A DNA stretch of 62,633 nucleotides, filler included, from Stramenopiles sp. TOSAG23-6 (GCA_900128565.1; 16 parts of 16 records of this genome joined end to end with filler, not necessarily neighbours in it), one strand, 5' to 3'. Shown: positions 1-11,549, counted from the first letter of the whole stretch. Notes: a model not told the origin generated them from the letters alone. Translations and numbers: made by a program.

Positions 1-295
1 TTTTTTAGATTTTTTAGATTTTTTAGATTTTTTAGATTTTTTAGATTTTTTAGATGTTTATCATTTTTAATCGTTTTACTATTTTTACTATTTTTACTAT
101 TTCGTGTGGTAGGGTTAGGGTTTGATCCATTGTCAAAATTATATGGACCATTTTTTATTCGATTTTTATTACTCTGTAAAAGTCGATTACAGTTACTTAA
201 ATTCACTTCACGCATCTGTGCAAATCGATGTTCAACTCGTTCAAGAGCAAGACGGTCATTTACTAAATGGAAAATATTTTAAAATTTGAAATGGG

Positions 296-327
<32 letters not shown>

Positions 328-1226
328 GGGAAAAAAATTTTGTTTAAAAAAAAAAAAAAATTTTAAAAAAAAAAAAAAAAAAATTTAAATTCATTTTTTT
401 TTTTTTTTTGTGTTTAGGTACAAAATTTCGTATGAAAAAACGAAAAAAAAATTTAAAAAAAAAAAAAAAAAGTAGGGTTAGGGTTAGGGTTAATAGGGTT
501 AGGGGTAGACGAAACACATACATTTTCATGTACCGCATAAGCAAAACAAAAATCACAAACTCGAACGTTCCCATTCCGTCCGATAAGTTTCCCATCGTAC
601 GTTTGTGCGGAACAATTACTACAAAATATTTGACCACAAAATCGACAGTGATGTCTCCGTTTGAACATTGTAAATGGCGTATAACAGCTATGTATTTTGG
701 AAAAATATTTCAAAAAAAAAATTTTTTTCTAAAAAAAAAAATCGTTAGGTACAAAATTTCGTACGAAAAATAAATTCGATTTTTTTTTTACCGGAAAAAA
801 AAAAATAAAACATACATAGCAAACTTTACATGCTTCGTTGGGCATATAAAACTTATCCGTAGTGAGTGCGTTTCTTTGCGATCTTGAAGATTGTTCTGTT
901 TCTTGTGACTTCTTTTGTTGTAATGATAATAATTCATCTTCAAAGTTAATGTATCCTTTTTTTGATGATCCAGGGGATGGAAAAGATGTAATTTTTCTTG
1001 GATCTGTGTCAAGCTTCGGCATCGACATTTTTTTTTTGTTTTTCTTGGTTTGGTCAAGTTTTGGCATGGATTGTGTTGTATTGCTTGGGTTTGTATCTAT
1101 ATCTATGTCACGAATAGGACTTGTATTACGTGAATTGGGTGATTCATTCGTCATGTGATGGGAAGAACGTGTCTCTACAATCGAATTTGTCTTTGACTCT
1201 TTTGGTGTAAAGAATGGTTTCTTCAT
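1..1226 (-). CDS. FYVE zinc-finger protein (FAB1/PIKfyve-like N-terminus), partial; introns 690-815 and 258-521
   Basis: Spliced YMPNEACKVCY|SCYTPFTMFKRRHHCRFCGQIFCSNCS...VRVCDFC contains the FYVE R(R/K)HHCR motif. Confidence 0.85.
690..815 (-). other. Non-canonical GT-AT intron (family member)
   Basis: GTATGTTTTA...GTACCTAAC...CCAAAATACAT. Removal restores the FYVE C-Y-S-C pair; the AG 2 nt further on gives a frameshift. Confidence 0.85.
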
Positions 1227-1686
1227 TTGAAAAGTCAACCGTAAAAAATGTACTCTAAATCGTAAACAATACTTTAAAAACGAATTGTCATACTATACAA
1301 ATAAGCAAATCAAATAAAAAGAGTGAATATAGGTATTTGTTGTAGTCTTGGGCGTACAATTTAGTACCTAAAACTCTCGTATAGTTATATTATTAAGATG
1401 ATTAAAATTTGGGGACGTGACCGATTTGATATTTTGACTGGTTCTGATTTTGAAAAATTTCAATTTTGCGGTTTGGCCAAAAAAAACACGAAATCCCCCG
1501 AAGCTGTTTCGCTTGTCGCTGTTCTTTTTCATTCTCTTTCGTGATCCACATACACACACACACACGACAGACAGACAGACAGATCTTCAGTTTAGTTATA
1601 GTAGGTACAGTACTAAATCCAATTTCATTCATTTCATTCTATTAGAATAAATACATTAGGGATAGGTTGTATTAATTATACTAGTG

Positions 1687-3363
1687 ATGGATTCTATGTC
1701 ATCTGATACGGCTGCAGGTGTTTGTTCAAGGCGTGAAGTTCAACTCTTCAAAGAAGCTTTTCTGCACTGTTCCAATGGCAAGAAATGGTTATCTTTTGAC
1801 TCTTTTGCTTTAGCTGTTGGAATTCCGATTCCACAAAATATATGCAAAACGAGTAATTTTATACATGCTTTATATCGTCTATACTCTGTAGATAGGTTAG
1901 GTCAGAAAATGGACACCACAGGCTTCGTAAAATGTATGGTACAGTTGGCATCAGGCAATAGACAATCCAAAATGAAACTTTTATTTGAGTTAGCCGACGT
2001 GGATAATGATAAACGTGTTCGAGTGAGTGAACTACTTGATCTTATCCGTGGAATGAAAGTATTATTCACATCACTTGATGGCCAAGAAAGTTCTATAGAT
2101 GATGAAATTTTACAAGAAGTAGTTCAAAAACTATTTCTAACATGTCCTAGTGACAAATCAAAATCAACTAATTCAAAAAATAATGGTAACTCAAAAAATA
2201 ATCAAAAAAAAAGTATCACTTTACCTGAATTTCAACGTGCATTATCAGAAAATGATGGTGTTTTAGAAGCAGCTCTTTCATTCAATTCAACATCTTCTGA
2301 TGAATGCTTCTCTACTCTAGACCGAGTTAATGTTTTAAATACAAAAGTAAACGAAATTCTTGAACATTTTTCTAACCCTAACCCTAGGGTTAATCTTGAA
2401 CAATCTTCAGTTAATGCTACAAAATTGACGTCAATCGATACCCCTAACCCTACCATAATAAAACACAATGAAATGAACAGTACAACAACAAATAGTATGA
2501 ATGAAGAGAATTGTCTTCGAGGATTGATATTATCAAAAAGAATTTCATTAGAGTTAAAATCATTACAACATGATTTATATAAAATTTTAGAATATAACCC
2601 TAACCCTAGAAGGAAAAATAACCCTAACCCTAGAAGGAAAAATAACCCTAACCCTAGAAACCCTAGAAGAAAAAAATGGAATTATCTTTGTGATGGAAAT
2701 ATTTTTCAAATGATACCAAAAATTTCTGGAGATTTTGAAGAAATTGAAAATCCAAAATTACGAACATTATACTTACAAGCAGAAAATGAAAGATTACGTG
2801 TACGTTTTTTTTGTCACATTTTTTTTTTTCATAGTAAAATTTTTCATAGTAAAATTTGTACCTAACGAAAAAAAAAAAAAAAAAAAAAAAATTTTTCAAT
2901 TTTTTTTTCATAGTAAAATTTGTACCTAAAAAAAAAAAAAAAAAATTTCTTCAATTTTTTCACAGTACATAAATTAATCAAACAATATGAAAAAAATCAT
3001 ACCATTTATTCAGAAAACCCTAACCCTAATGTAATTCATTCGATGATAAGTCAATATCGTGTTTATAGTACCGAATTAAATCAACAATGTGATATAAATG
3101 ATTATAGTGAAAACACTGATAATTTGTACTTACGACCTTTGCATACGTATGTTCTATTTATATTTTTTTTTTGAGATTTTTTGTATTTTGAAAATTTTTT
3201 TTTTTTTGAGATTTTTTTTTTTTTGAGAATTTTTTTTTTTTTTTAGAATTTTTTTTTTTTTGAATTTTTTTTTCGTACAAAATTTTGTCCCTAACAAAAA
3301 ATTTTAGATTTTTTTTTAATATTTTTCTACAATATAGTATCCTCATCATTCTCCAATGGATGA
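1687..3363 (+). CDS. EF-hand (calcineurin B/recoverin-like) domain protein, partial; introns 2800-2970 (GT-AT) and 3147-3337 (GT-AG)
   Basis: KMKLLFELADVDNDKRVRVSEL EF-hand motif; frame is kept across both introns. Confidence 0.75.
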
Positions 3364-3407
3364 NNNNNNNNNNNNNNNNNNNNNNNNNNNNNNNNNNNNN
3401 NNNNNNN

Positions 3408-3840
3408 TCATCCATTGGAGAATGATGAGGATACTATATTGTAGAAAAATATTAAAAAAAAATCTAAAATTTTTTGTTAGGGACAAAATTTTGTACGAAA
3501 AAAAAATTCAAAAAAAAAAAAATTCTAAAAAAAAAAAAAAATTCTCAAAAAAAAAAAAATCTCAAAAAAAAAAAAATTTTCAAAATACAAAAAATCTCAA
3601 AAAAAAAATATAAATAGAACATACGTATGCAAAGGTCGTAAGTACAAATTATCAGTGTTTTCACTATAATCATTTATATCACATTGTTGATTTAATTCGG
3701 TACTATAAACACGATATTGACTTATCATCGAATGAATTACATTAGGGTTAGGGTTTTCTGAATAAATGGTATGATTTTTTTCATATTGTTTGATTAATTT
3801 ATGTACTGTGAAAAAATTGAAGAAATTTTTTTTTTTTTTT
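3408..3840. repeat. Exact inverted copy of ~2932-3363 across an N gap (scaffolding artefact)
   Basis: Perfect reverse complement on each side of the N run; identical ORFs in both orientations. Confidence 0.85.
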
Positions 3841-3940
3841 NNNNNNNNNNNNNNNNNNNNNNNNNNNNNNNNNNNNNNNNNNNNTTAATTAATTAANNNN
3901 NNNNNNNNNNNNNNNNNNNNNNNNNNNNNNNNNNNNNNNN

Positions 3941-4190
3941 ATATTCTATTGTACATATTATAATAATACTCTATTGTACATATTATAATAATATTCTATT
4001 GTACATATATCATGTAATATTCTATTGTACATATTATAATAATACTCTATTGTACATATTATAATAATATTCTATTGTACCCTATTCCCATTTATTACAA
4101 ATTATTACAAATTATTACATTTTACATTACATCATGAATTATTACCAATTATTTGCATTTATTACAAATTATTACAAATTATTTTTATTC
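3941..4190. repeat. 25-bp tandem repeat (ATATTCTATTGTACATATTATAATA, ~5.5 copies) followed by TTATTACAAA 10-mers
   Basis: Visible periodicity. Confidence 0.85.
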
Positions 4191-4552
4191 TTCATATTAT
4201 TCATTTGTTTTATATTAGATATATATTGTTGACATTATTGTACAGTTTTTTGGTTTCATGATTGTATAATATATAATAATACTATAATAGATAACAATAT
4301 ATTTTTTGGCGGACCTAATTTATTTATAAACTATAAACCATAATCCTTGGAGATTTACTCTCCCTATTTTTTTTTTTTCCCAATTTTTTTTTACTATAAA
4401 CTATACTGATTTTTTTAAACAATAGGACACTTTACTGTGTCCTGATTTTTTTAAACTTCACTTATCTTGTGGGTGATTTTTTTTTCAAAACAGTCACTTT
4501 ACTGTGACTTGATTTTTTTATAAGACACTTTACTGTGTCTAAGATTGATTAA

Positions 4553-7023
4553 TTATTCCTTTTTCAACCAGCTATATTCCCAAAACTCCCAATCACCACT
4601 ACTAACCAAATTTCTGATTTTGTCTTTCATTTGACCATTAGTTCTTCTTTTTGTACAAGAAAGTTCACACTTGGTCCTTACCTCTTGAAAAAAGGCTGAT
4701 GGTAAATTTTTCTTTGAACCTTTAGGGGGTATTAAACTTCTATTAGATCTTTCAAAAGCTTGTTTAAAGTCTGCTGTTTCTTCAGGTGTCCATTTCCTCC
4801 TCTTTTGCTGTTTTCCTTTTTTTGAAGCAGATTTACTTTTACCAGATGATTTACTTTTACTAGATGATTTAGATGGTGGATTTTCACTAACATATTTAGA
4901 ATAAATTGTCCCAAGTAGTTCATTCATAATTCTTTCTTGATTATCTTCCCAGTTAACAAAGTCAACAAAACGATCCTGAGCAATTTGATAATAAATAGTA
5001 TACTTTCTTTCCAATAATTGAACCCACCACAATGCAAAACTATGAGGACATAAATTGTCAAAGTCATGAAGTGAACTTTCACAATTTTTTGGAATGCCTA
5101 AGGGTACTAAATTACCTTTTACTATATCTTTTCTAAGTATATCAGAAATTTCTCTCTTGAAAACCTTTAAAAGAATAGGAGGTCTTTTTTCAACAAGCAT
5201 AAACTGATTATCTCTTTTAGCTTTATCTTTAACATCATCCCAAACACCATTAACAAAAAAAGAGATTTCATTTATAATCCTAATTGATCTCTTCTTATCA
5301 GTCAATGAATTACCATGAGGTTTAATAACAATACTATGAAACCTCTCAGGATTTTTATAAATATCCAAATGAATAATATTATGCAAAGTCTTATAAGATT
5401 TCAATTGTAATAGATTTTGTTTGTCATCATCTGTCAAATTTCTTGTTTCTTCTTCCTCATCTTTTGAAACAGCATTTATAACATTATTATCATTCTCCAC
5501 AATAATCAAATCACTAAAATCTTCAAAATTTTCAGTACTAGGATTTTTAGGATCAACAAAATCAGAATTTTCAACAAATTCAGAATACTCAGCACTATTA
5601 ATAAAATCATCAAACTCTTTTGAAGATGTAATATAATTACTTACAGCAGCAACATTAAAAAGTCTTGAAAAATGCTTCAAATACTTTGCCAATGTTTTAG
5701 AATCTTCTTTCCATCTATGTTGTCTAACAGTTTCTGGAATTCTTCCCATTACAGATTGATTCTTATTATTCATTAAAAAATTAATTGCCCATTCTAAAAT
5801 ATAACCAGCTCTAAAACCATGTGCAGAAGTCCAACCAAAAGGATATCCTGCAGCATATAATAATTCATGAATATAAGGATTTACTAAAGATGAAGCTTTA
5901 TCATTATCTGTATCAGGTTTCCTAAAGTCATGTAGAAACATGTTTTTTGGAAAAATATTTCAAAGAAAAATTGTTAGGTACAAAATTTCAAAAAAAAAAA
6001 AAATGAATTTGAAAAAAAATAAAACATACAAATTTTCCAAGTTTTTTCCATCACAATTTTTAAAATCACTCAAAATTCCATCTTCAAAGCCTCTATTTAT
6101 AAGAGTCCAATGCAACCAAAATACTAAGTCTATAAATATTTTCTTATGATCAGCAGTCTCATAATAAAGAGAACCTTCATAATCAATCTCATGACTAAAT
6201 CCAAATTCTTCACCTTTTGTGTGTTCATATGTAATAGTAACTTGAATTTTAGTATCAATATTAATTTCAGAAACATCTTTACCTTCTCTTCTATATTTTT
6301 GCTTTAAATAATTATATCTTCTTAATCTTTTAATAACATTTTCTTTATCATGTACTTTAACATTTTTAAGCTCTACTTTAGCATTTGTAGCCATCATTCT
6401 ATGTCCATTTATTAAACTGTGAAGACATATACAATATATTTTAGGTCCTTGTGGAGTTGAAATATATTGATTTATAATCATACCTTTCATATACATATTC
6501 CACATATCTTTATACAGTATTGCTGCAGCTCCCACAGAATCTTTATATTGTTCAGGTAATAATTGAAGATTAGGATCTCCATTAGTTTTTTTAGATTCTT
6601 GAAGAATTGATGTCATATATACTGAAATTGCTTTAAATGCTCCTTCAGGGGTAGGTAACACTGTATAATCTTTCCATATGATATTTTTTGTCATTATATA
6701 TTTCAACTTGTTCACATACATATCTTTAAAGCTATTATACTTCATTCTTTTTTTTTTCCCAAGTAACAAATTGACATTAACATAAAATCTGATAAAATCT
6801 ACATGCATTCTTCCACCATCTCCAAGAACTATATCTTCATCTTTAACATGTGGGTTTTCTAACAAAAATTGTTCTTTACACATTTCTGTAAACTCTGTGA
6901 AAGAATTTTCAACTGTTGCATATTTTTTTTTTGCATTATTTGTAAAATTAGGCAAAGGAGGTTGTGCAGCAAAGTTTATCATACTAGATGGGATACCATC
7001 TAATAAATTCCTGGATTGTCTTG
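4553..7023 (-). CDS. Tyrosine recombinase-like protein with C-terminal telobox-type Myb domain (779 aa from Met at 6982); GT-AT intron 5940-6029
   Basis: Candidate catalytic motifs in YR order: INGHR, HTKG, AHGFRAG (HxxR), HRW...LAKY. C-terminus RRKWTPEE...RTNGQMKDKIRNL. Frame is open back to an intron-type 3' end at 7024. Confidence 0.7.
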
Positions 7024-7074
7024 ATGTATTTTGGAAAAATATTTCAAAAAAAAAATATTAAAAATATTGTTACT

Positions 7075-7270
7075 AGGAAATTTCAAAAATACTGATGAAA
7101 AAAATTTCAAAAATATGACTAAAAAAATTTTCAAAAATATCACTGAAAAAAATTTCAAAAATATCACTGAAAAAAATTTCAAAAATATGGATGAAAAAAA
7201 TTTCAAAAATATGACTGAAAAAAATTTCAAAAATATGACGAAAAAAAATTTCAAAAATACGGATGAAAAA
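7075..7270. repeat. 21-bp tandem repeat (AAATTTCAAAAATATGACTGA-like, ~9 copies)
   Basis: Visible periodicity; produces the spurious KNFKN-type ORFs. Confidence 0.9.
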
Positions 7271-7497
7271 TACTACAAAGCATATTCAATTATTAAATTG
7301 TAATAATATAACAGGAAAAAAGTAAAATTGTATGTAAATAAATGGTACAAAAGTACAAGGATTTCTATATAAATGGTACAAAGTACAATCATTTCTATAT
7401 AAATGGTAAGAGTAAGATTTAATATTATATAAATGGTATAAATGGTATAGAGATATTTTTATTTGTATAAATTCATAAATTAAATATAATTAATAAT

Positions 7498-7572
7498 TGC
7501 ACATGGCAGGATTCGAACCGGCGCCCTCAGAAATTTCTGGAGGACCACCAACCTACTATGCCAGACTGGTGC
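7498..7572 (-). ncRNA. tRNA-like / Pol III type-2 promoter element (degenerate, no anticodon loop)
   Basis: A-box-like TGGCATAGTAGG, B-box GGTTCGAATCC, GCAC...GTGCA ends; anticodon arm is a loopless palindrome CAGAAATTTCTG. Confidence 0.55.
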
Positions 7573-7931
7573 TGAAATTTCGCAATTTGAATCTGCTTAT
7601 ATATAAAGAATAATTTTTAGTAATTTTGAGATATTTGTTATAGTTGCATATTTTTTTTGATATTTGTATGTATCTGATATAATTTGCATTGTTAAATTCA
7701 TAAAATTGTAACAAATGATGTTATTGCATTGATACACAAAAAAAAAAAAAAAATTAGGAACAAAATTTACTATGAAANNNNNNNNNNNNNNNNNNNNNNN
7801 NNNNNNNNNNNNNNNNNNNNNTTAATTAATTAANNNNNNNNNNNNNNNNNNNNNNNNNNNNNNNNNNNNNNNNNNNNGTACGAAATTTTGTACCTAACGA
7901 TTTTTTTTTGAAATATTTTTCCAAAATACAT

Positions 7932-8327
7932 GAAGCATCGGCAAGAGCTACAGAAGGTTTAATATCCGATAAGACTATATATGTTTTAAAAGTTGTTCGC
8001 GATATTCTGCGTTTCTTTCGCTTTGTCATTTTTCTGAGACTATTGCAGCTTGCTATTAGAAAATTTCGTCTCATGACAAATATAAAGGAGTACACGAATC
8101 GCGAAAAAGTGACTGGGCAGGTACAATTTTCCGCCAGTATAGAGAATGGGCCAGATGATTACCATGAAACTGAATTTTTCATGCCTAATATTGATGAAGA
8201 AGGCGTTGAAATGAGACATAATGACGAGAATCAGTTTATATCAACCTCTGGACATATCTCTGAGAAACTTGAATCAACTGTAAATCATCCAATTACTAAC
8301 AAACATAAATCATATGCTTCATTTTGA
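7932..8327 (+). CDS. 3' exon of an unknown gene
   Basis: Open frame directly after a family intron 3' end (AAAATACAT at 7931). Confidence 0.55.
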   Translation, partial: EASARATEGLISDKTIYVLKVVRDILRFFRFVIFLRLLQLAIRKFRLMTNIKEYTNREKVTGQVQFSASIENGPDDYHETEFFMPNIDEEGVEMRHNDENQFISTSGHISEKLESTVNHPITNKHKSYASF

Positions 8328-8425
8328 TTTGCTTTATAAAGACTAATTTTTATTAATTGTATCGATTTGTTTAAAGTTTCAATGTATCAAGACTAATTGA
8401 TAAAAGCTGGGGTATATTTTTTCTC

Positions 8426-9815
8426 TTACATTGAAAAAATACTTCTCATTTTCTGATAGTTTGAAGCATTTACAAGACGTGGCTTGGTTAAAATGAATGC
8501 ACTTGTTTTACACAATCCGGTATCATCGGTTTTATCATATTTATTTTTGTTTTTTTGTATTTCTCGGAACTCTGATAAAACAAATTTTGTCCGAGTTAAA
8601 TAAGGAAATGCCATTTCCTGATTAAATGTAGAAATCATGATATAACGGCCACCACGTCGAAGAACCCGTGAAACTTCAGATAGTAATTGTAATGCACTTT
8701 TATTTGCATCATTTAAATCACACGCGACAGAATCTGTGAGTCCTTTATCAATGATACAATCAAAGCTATAATGCTTGAAAAATATTTTTAAAATTTGAAA
8801 TTTGTTAGGTACAGAATTTTCTATGAAAAAAATATCGAAATTGAAAGATAAAAATGTACGTATCATTAGAAAATTCAAGTGATAAGACATCACCAACCTT
8901 ATATGTAATCCCTATTCTATTTTTATCTCTTTCCTTGGAAAATTGTATCGCTACCGGGGAACAATCCACGCCTGTAATATTTTTAAAACCATCATCATAC
9001 AAATTTGAAGTGACGTCACTTGTTCCACAACCAATATAAAGTATTTTATCGGTAGGTTTTAGATACTGCAGTAATATACTTCGAAATTCAGGATATTTCG
9101 CGTACCATTCTATTGAAAAATCACTTTTTTTGGCTTCGTATTCCTTGTTCCAAAATTGTTTTTCATGAAAAGATATATTTTTATATTTTCCTTGACGAGA
9201 ACCATTAGAGCTTGTAATTTGATGTTTATCATTTAAGAGTAATTTATCAATTTGAAGTTCTATAATCATAACAATGACGTATACTATTGGAATAATAAAC
9301 AATGCGAGAAGTATAGTTAGTTGTATAGGCCACCAGCGCAAAGATAAATAGCCATAACACAGTGTGTTATTTAATAGCTGAACACGAATTGGAGATATTG
9401 ATCGACTTGAGGATGCAAACGTATCAAATAAAGCATTTATACTTAACTCACCAGAGTTATTTGTTTCTGTTCCCGAAATGGGGTATATATCAAGTACAAT
9501 ATCTGACGGTTCCAACAAAGTGTCAAGTGGTGAGATTGGACGGATTTCACCAGTTTCCAATATAAGAGTAAGCCAGCCACGAAGCATTGTAAGAAAAATA
9601 AATATACCACACGCGCATAATACTGGTCTACATGTGAAAAAAATCCATAGGTCTGTTTTCATATGATATAATAAACGTTTTGATAATGCACGTACAAAGT
9701 GAGTCTTGGGTCGGTGCAAACTACTTTCTTTTCTTCCACCACAATTTACACACGTCCAAAATCCAAAACCTTTATTAGTGTTGAGAAAACCACAATCCTC
9801 ACAACACCAACTCAT
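8426..9815 (-). CDS. RanBP2-type Zn finger + hydrophobic segments + class I SAM methyltransferase (METTL13/EEF1AKMT4-like); GT-AG intron 8766-8859
   Basis: WCCEDCGFLN...CVNC; FWNKEY..EWY; ILYIGCGTS; spliced FSNDT|FDCIIDKG; EVSRVLRRGG. Confidence 0.8.
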
Positions 9816-10066
9816 ACTACTAAAAAAGTAAAATGTGTATGAGTATTTAATATATTCATTATCATCATAATTTTGCAGAACATTAACAAAAGATACCTTT
9901 TTGAGTACCTCCCCCAAGTTGAAGTTGTGTGATGATGATTTTGATGACACAATTTCAAATGACATTTCATTTCAAATGTTAAATACATTCAAAATTTAGT
10001 TTACAACAGAAACACGAACAAACACGAAATATTTTACAGTTTATTTTTCATTTTTGACCTTTTTAA

Positions 10067-10758
10067 CACCGGGTTCACCTAAGAACGTACTTTAAATCGA
10101 CGTTTTTGAGGATAAAAAAAAAACCAAAAAATGAGGCTTTTGTCCATAGTCAAAACAAACCACACAGTTCTCTTTATCTTGGTTTTAAACTTCCAAATAT
10201 ATGTTCACCTTCTTTGTAGCACAGATATTTTGCTCAGAAATGTTGTTTGCAATCTTACTGAATTGAATTTCTGTCAAGAGATGAGTGAAATTCAATGATC
10301 GTGAAAAAGTCAATTATTTTTTATAATATTCTATGATAGAAGCTTTCTTTCATAAATATTGTATACTACATTAAGATGCTTCTGTGGGAGGCTGTATTTC
10401 TTCTTTCTTGCATATATATACGCTTTGAACTGTTCCTTTGAAAGATGACCACCATTGTCATCTTCTACTATATCGACATTTTGAGACCTATTACCGGGTA
10501 ACGAATGCTTTTTACCGGGTAACGAATGAAAAGCAAGTAATAATGTACCATTCTATGGACAAAAGGAGCAAAGTTGCATGTTTCGAAGGACTTTTGCACC
10601 AACAATGCGAAGTCGCGCGAAAATTCTGACTAGATATTCTGAAGTTTGAAATCGAGCTGAATCCGAATTTCTAATTTATTTCTTCTGAAAATCAAAGCCT
10701 CATTTTTTGAATTTTTTTTTTTCCTCAAAAAAAAGTACATTCTTAGGTGAACCCGGTG
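10067..10758. mobile_element. Non-autonomous piggyBac-type element (MITE)
   Basis: TTAA duplications at 10063-10066 and 10759-10762; TIR CACCGGGTTCACCTAAGAA extending imperfectly ~70 bp; no transposase ORF. Confidence 0.85.
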
Positions 10759-10904
10759 TTAAAAATTTATTTTTGATGTTTTTGGTGACCCAAACGGCAA
10801 AACAAACAAACTCTGATCCTCTTTGATACAGTAAATAATTTAAATACTGTAAGCGAGGCTTTGCGAGCAGTGTAGACTGTACACCCTTGAAAGTAAAAAA
10901 GACG

Positions 10905-11549
10905 ATGCGTTTCTTTTTAAGTACAGCACCCCTAGTAACATGGACTACTCTGGCATATTTATCTTTTTTTGGCAATGCTTCGTACACCTTTCCAGATCAA
11001 TGGACTGCCACGAATTCTCTTATTGGTGTAAATAATTCTACATTCTACTTTGATTATATACAAAAACGGGCTTTATGGAATACGACTAATTTTGGTGAAG
11101 GTCTTACTAAGACATTTTTTTTCGAAGATAAGCATGGCCATGTAGATAGATATGACGCCTCGTTTAATGATAATGTCTGTGTGTCTTGCTATCAAACGAA
11201 TCCTGGTTCTTTTCCCTATGCTCAAAATTTATATTCGAAGGCTCTATATGGTAATACCCGTGTGGATAGTGGCGTTCTTGTTAATCGTTGGATTTTACCT
11301 GTACCAAATGGGGGTTTGAAGAGCTATCGCGAGCTAGATGTTACCGTACATGATTTAATACCTGTCCCAGTTTTATTCCAGGAGCCAATTCCAAATTCGC
11401 CTAATTTTCTAGAATTTGACGTAAAAAACTTCAAATCAGTATTGCCCCGAAACAAGCAACTTTTTGACCTTCCAGAGTGTTGTAATTCTCGAGCGTTTTA
11501 TGCACGTGTTGCTCTACAGGAAGAGATTCGTCCCAATCCTATCAGTTAA
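10905..11549 (+). CDS. Secreted ependymin-related-like protein
   Basis: Signal-like N-terminus, FPDQWTA, FYFDY..KR, C-terminal LFDLPECC; family assigned from memory of motifs. Confidence 0.5.
   Translation: MRFFLSTAPLVTWTTLAYLSFFGNASYTFPDQWTATNSLIGVNNSTFYFDYIQKRALWNTTNFGEGLTKTFFFEDKHGHVDRYDASFNDNVCVSCYQTNPGSFPYAQNLYSKALYGNTRVDSGVLVNRWILPVPNGGLKSYRELDVTVHDLIPVPVLFQEPIPNSPNFLEFDVKNFKSVLPRNKQLFDLPECCNSRAFYARVALQEEIRPNPIS

Larger units (their letters stand above)
3941..7600 (-). mobile_element. Putative YR-encoding (Crypton-like) DNA element, boundaries undefined
   Basis: YR ORF with no RT or Gag, flanked by tandem repeats on both sides, strongly CpG-depleted. Confidence 0.45.

Noticed and set aside
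690-815. U12-type AT-AC introns
   Set aside because: No RTATCCTT 5' signature; copies that cannot slide start with GT
2932-3840. Large palindrome as a hairpin telomere or foldback element
   Set aside because: Exact copy across an N gap at a contig end, which is typical of a scaffolding artefact
3841-3940. Periodic TTAATTAATTAA every ~3.9 kb
   Set aside because: Artificial concatenation linker inside N runs; gene neighbourhoods across linkers are also meaningless
7075-7270. CRISPR-like array
   Set aside because: Contiguous 21-bp units with no unique spacers; eukaryotic context
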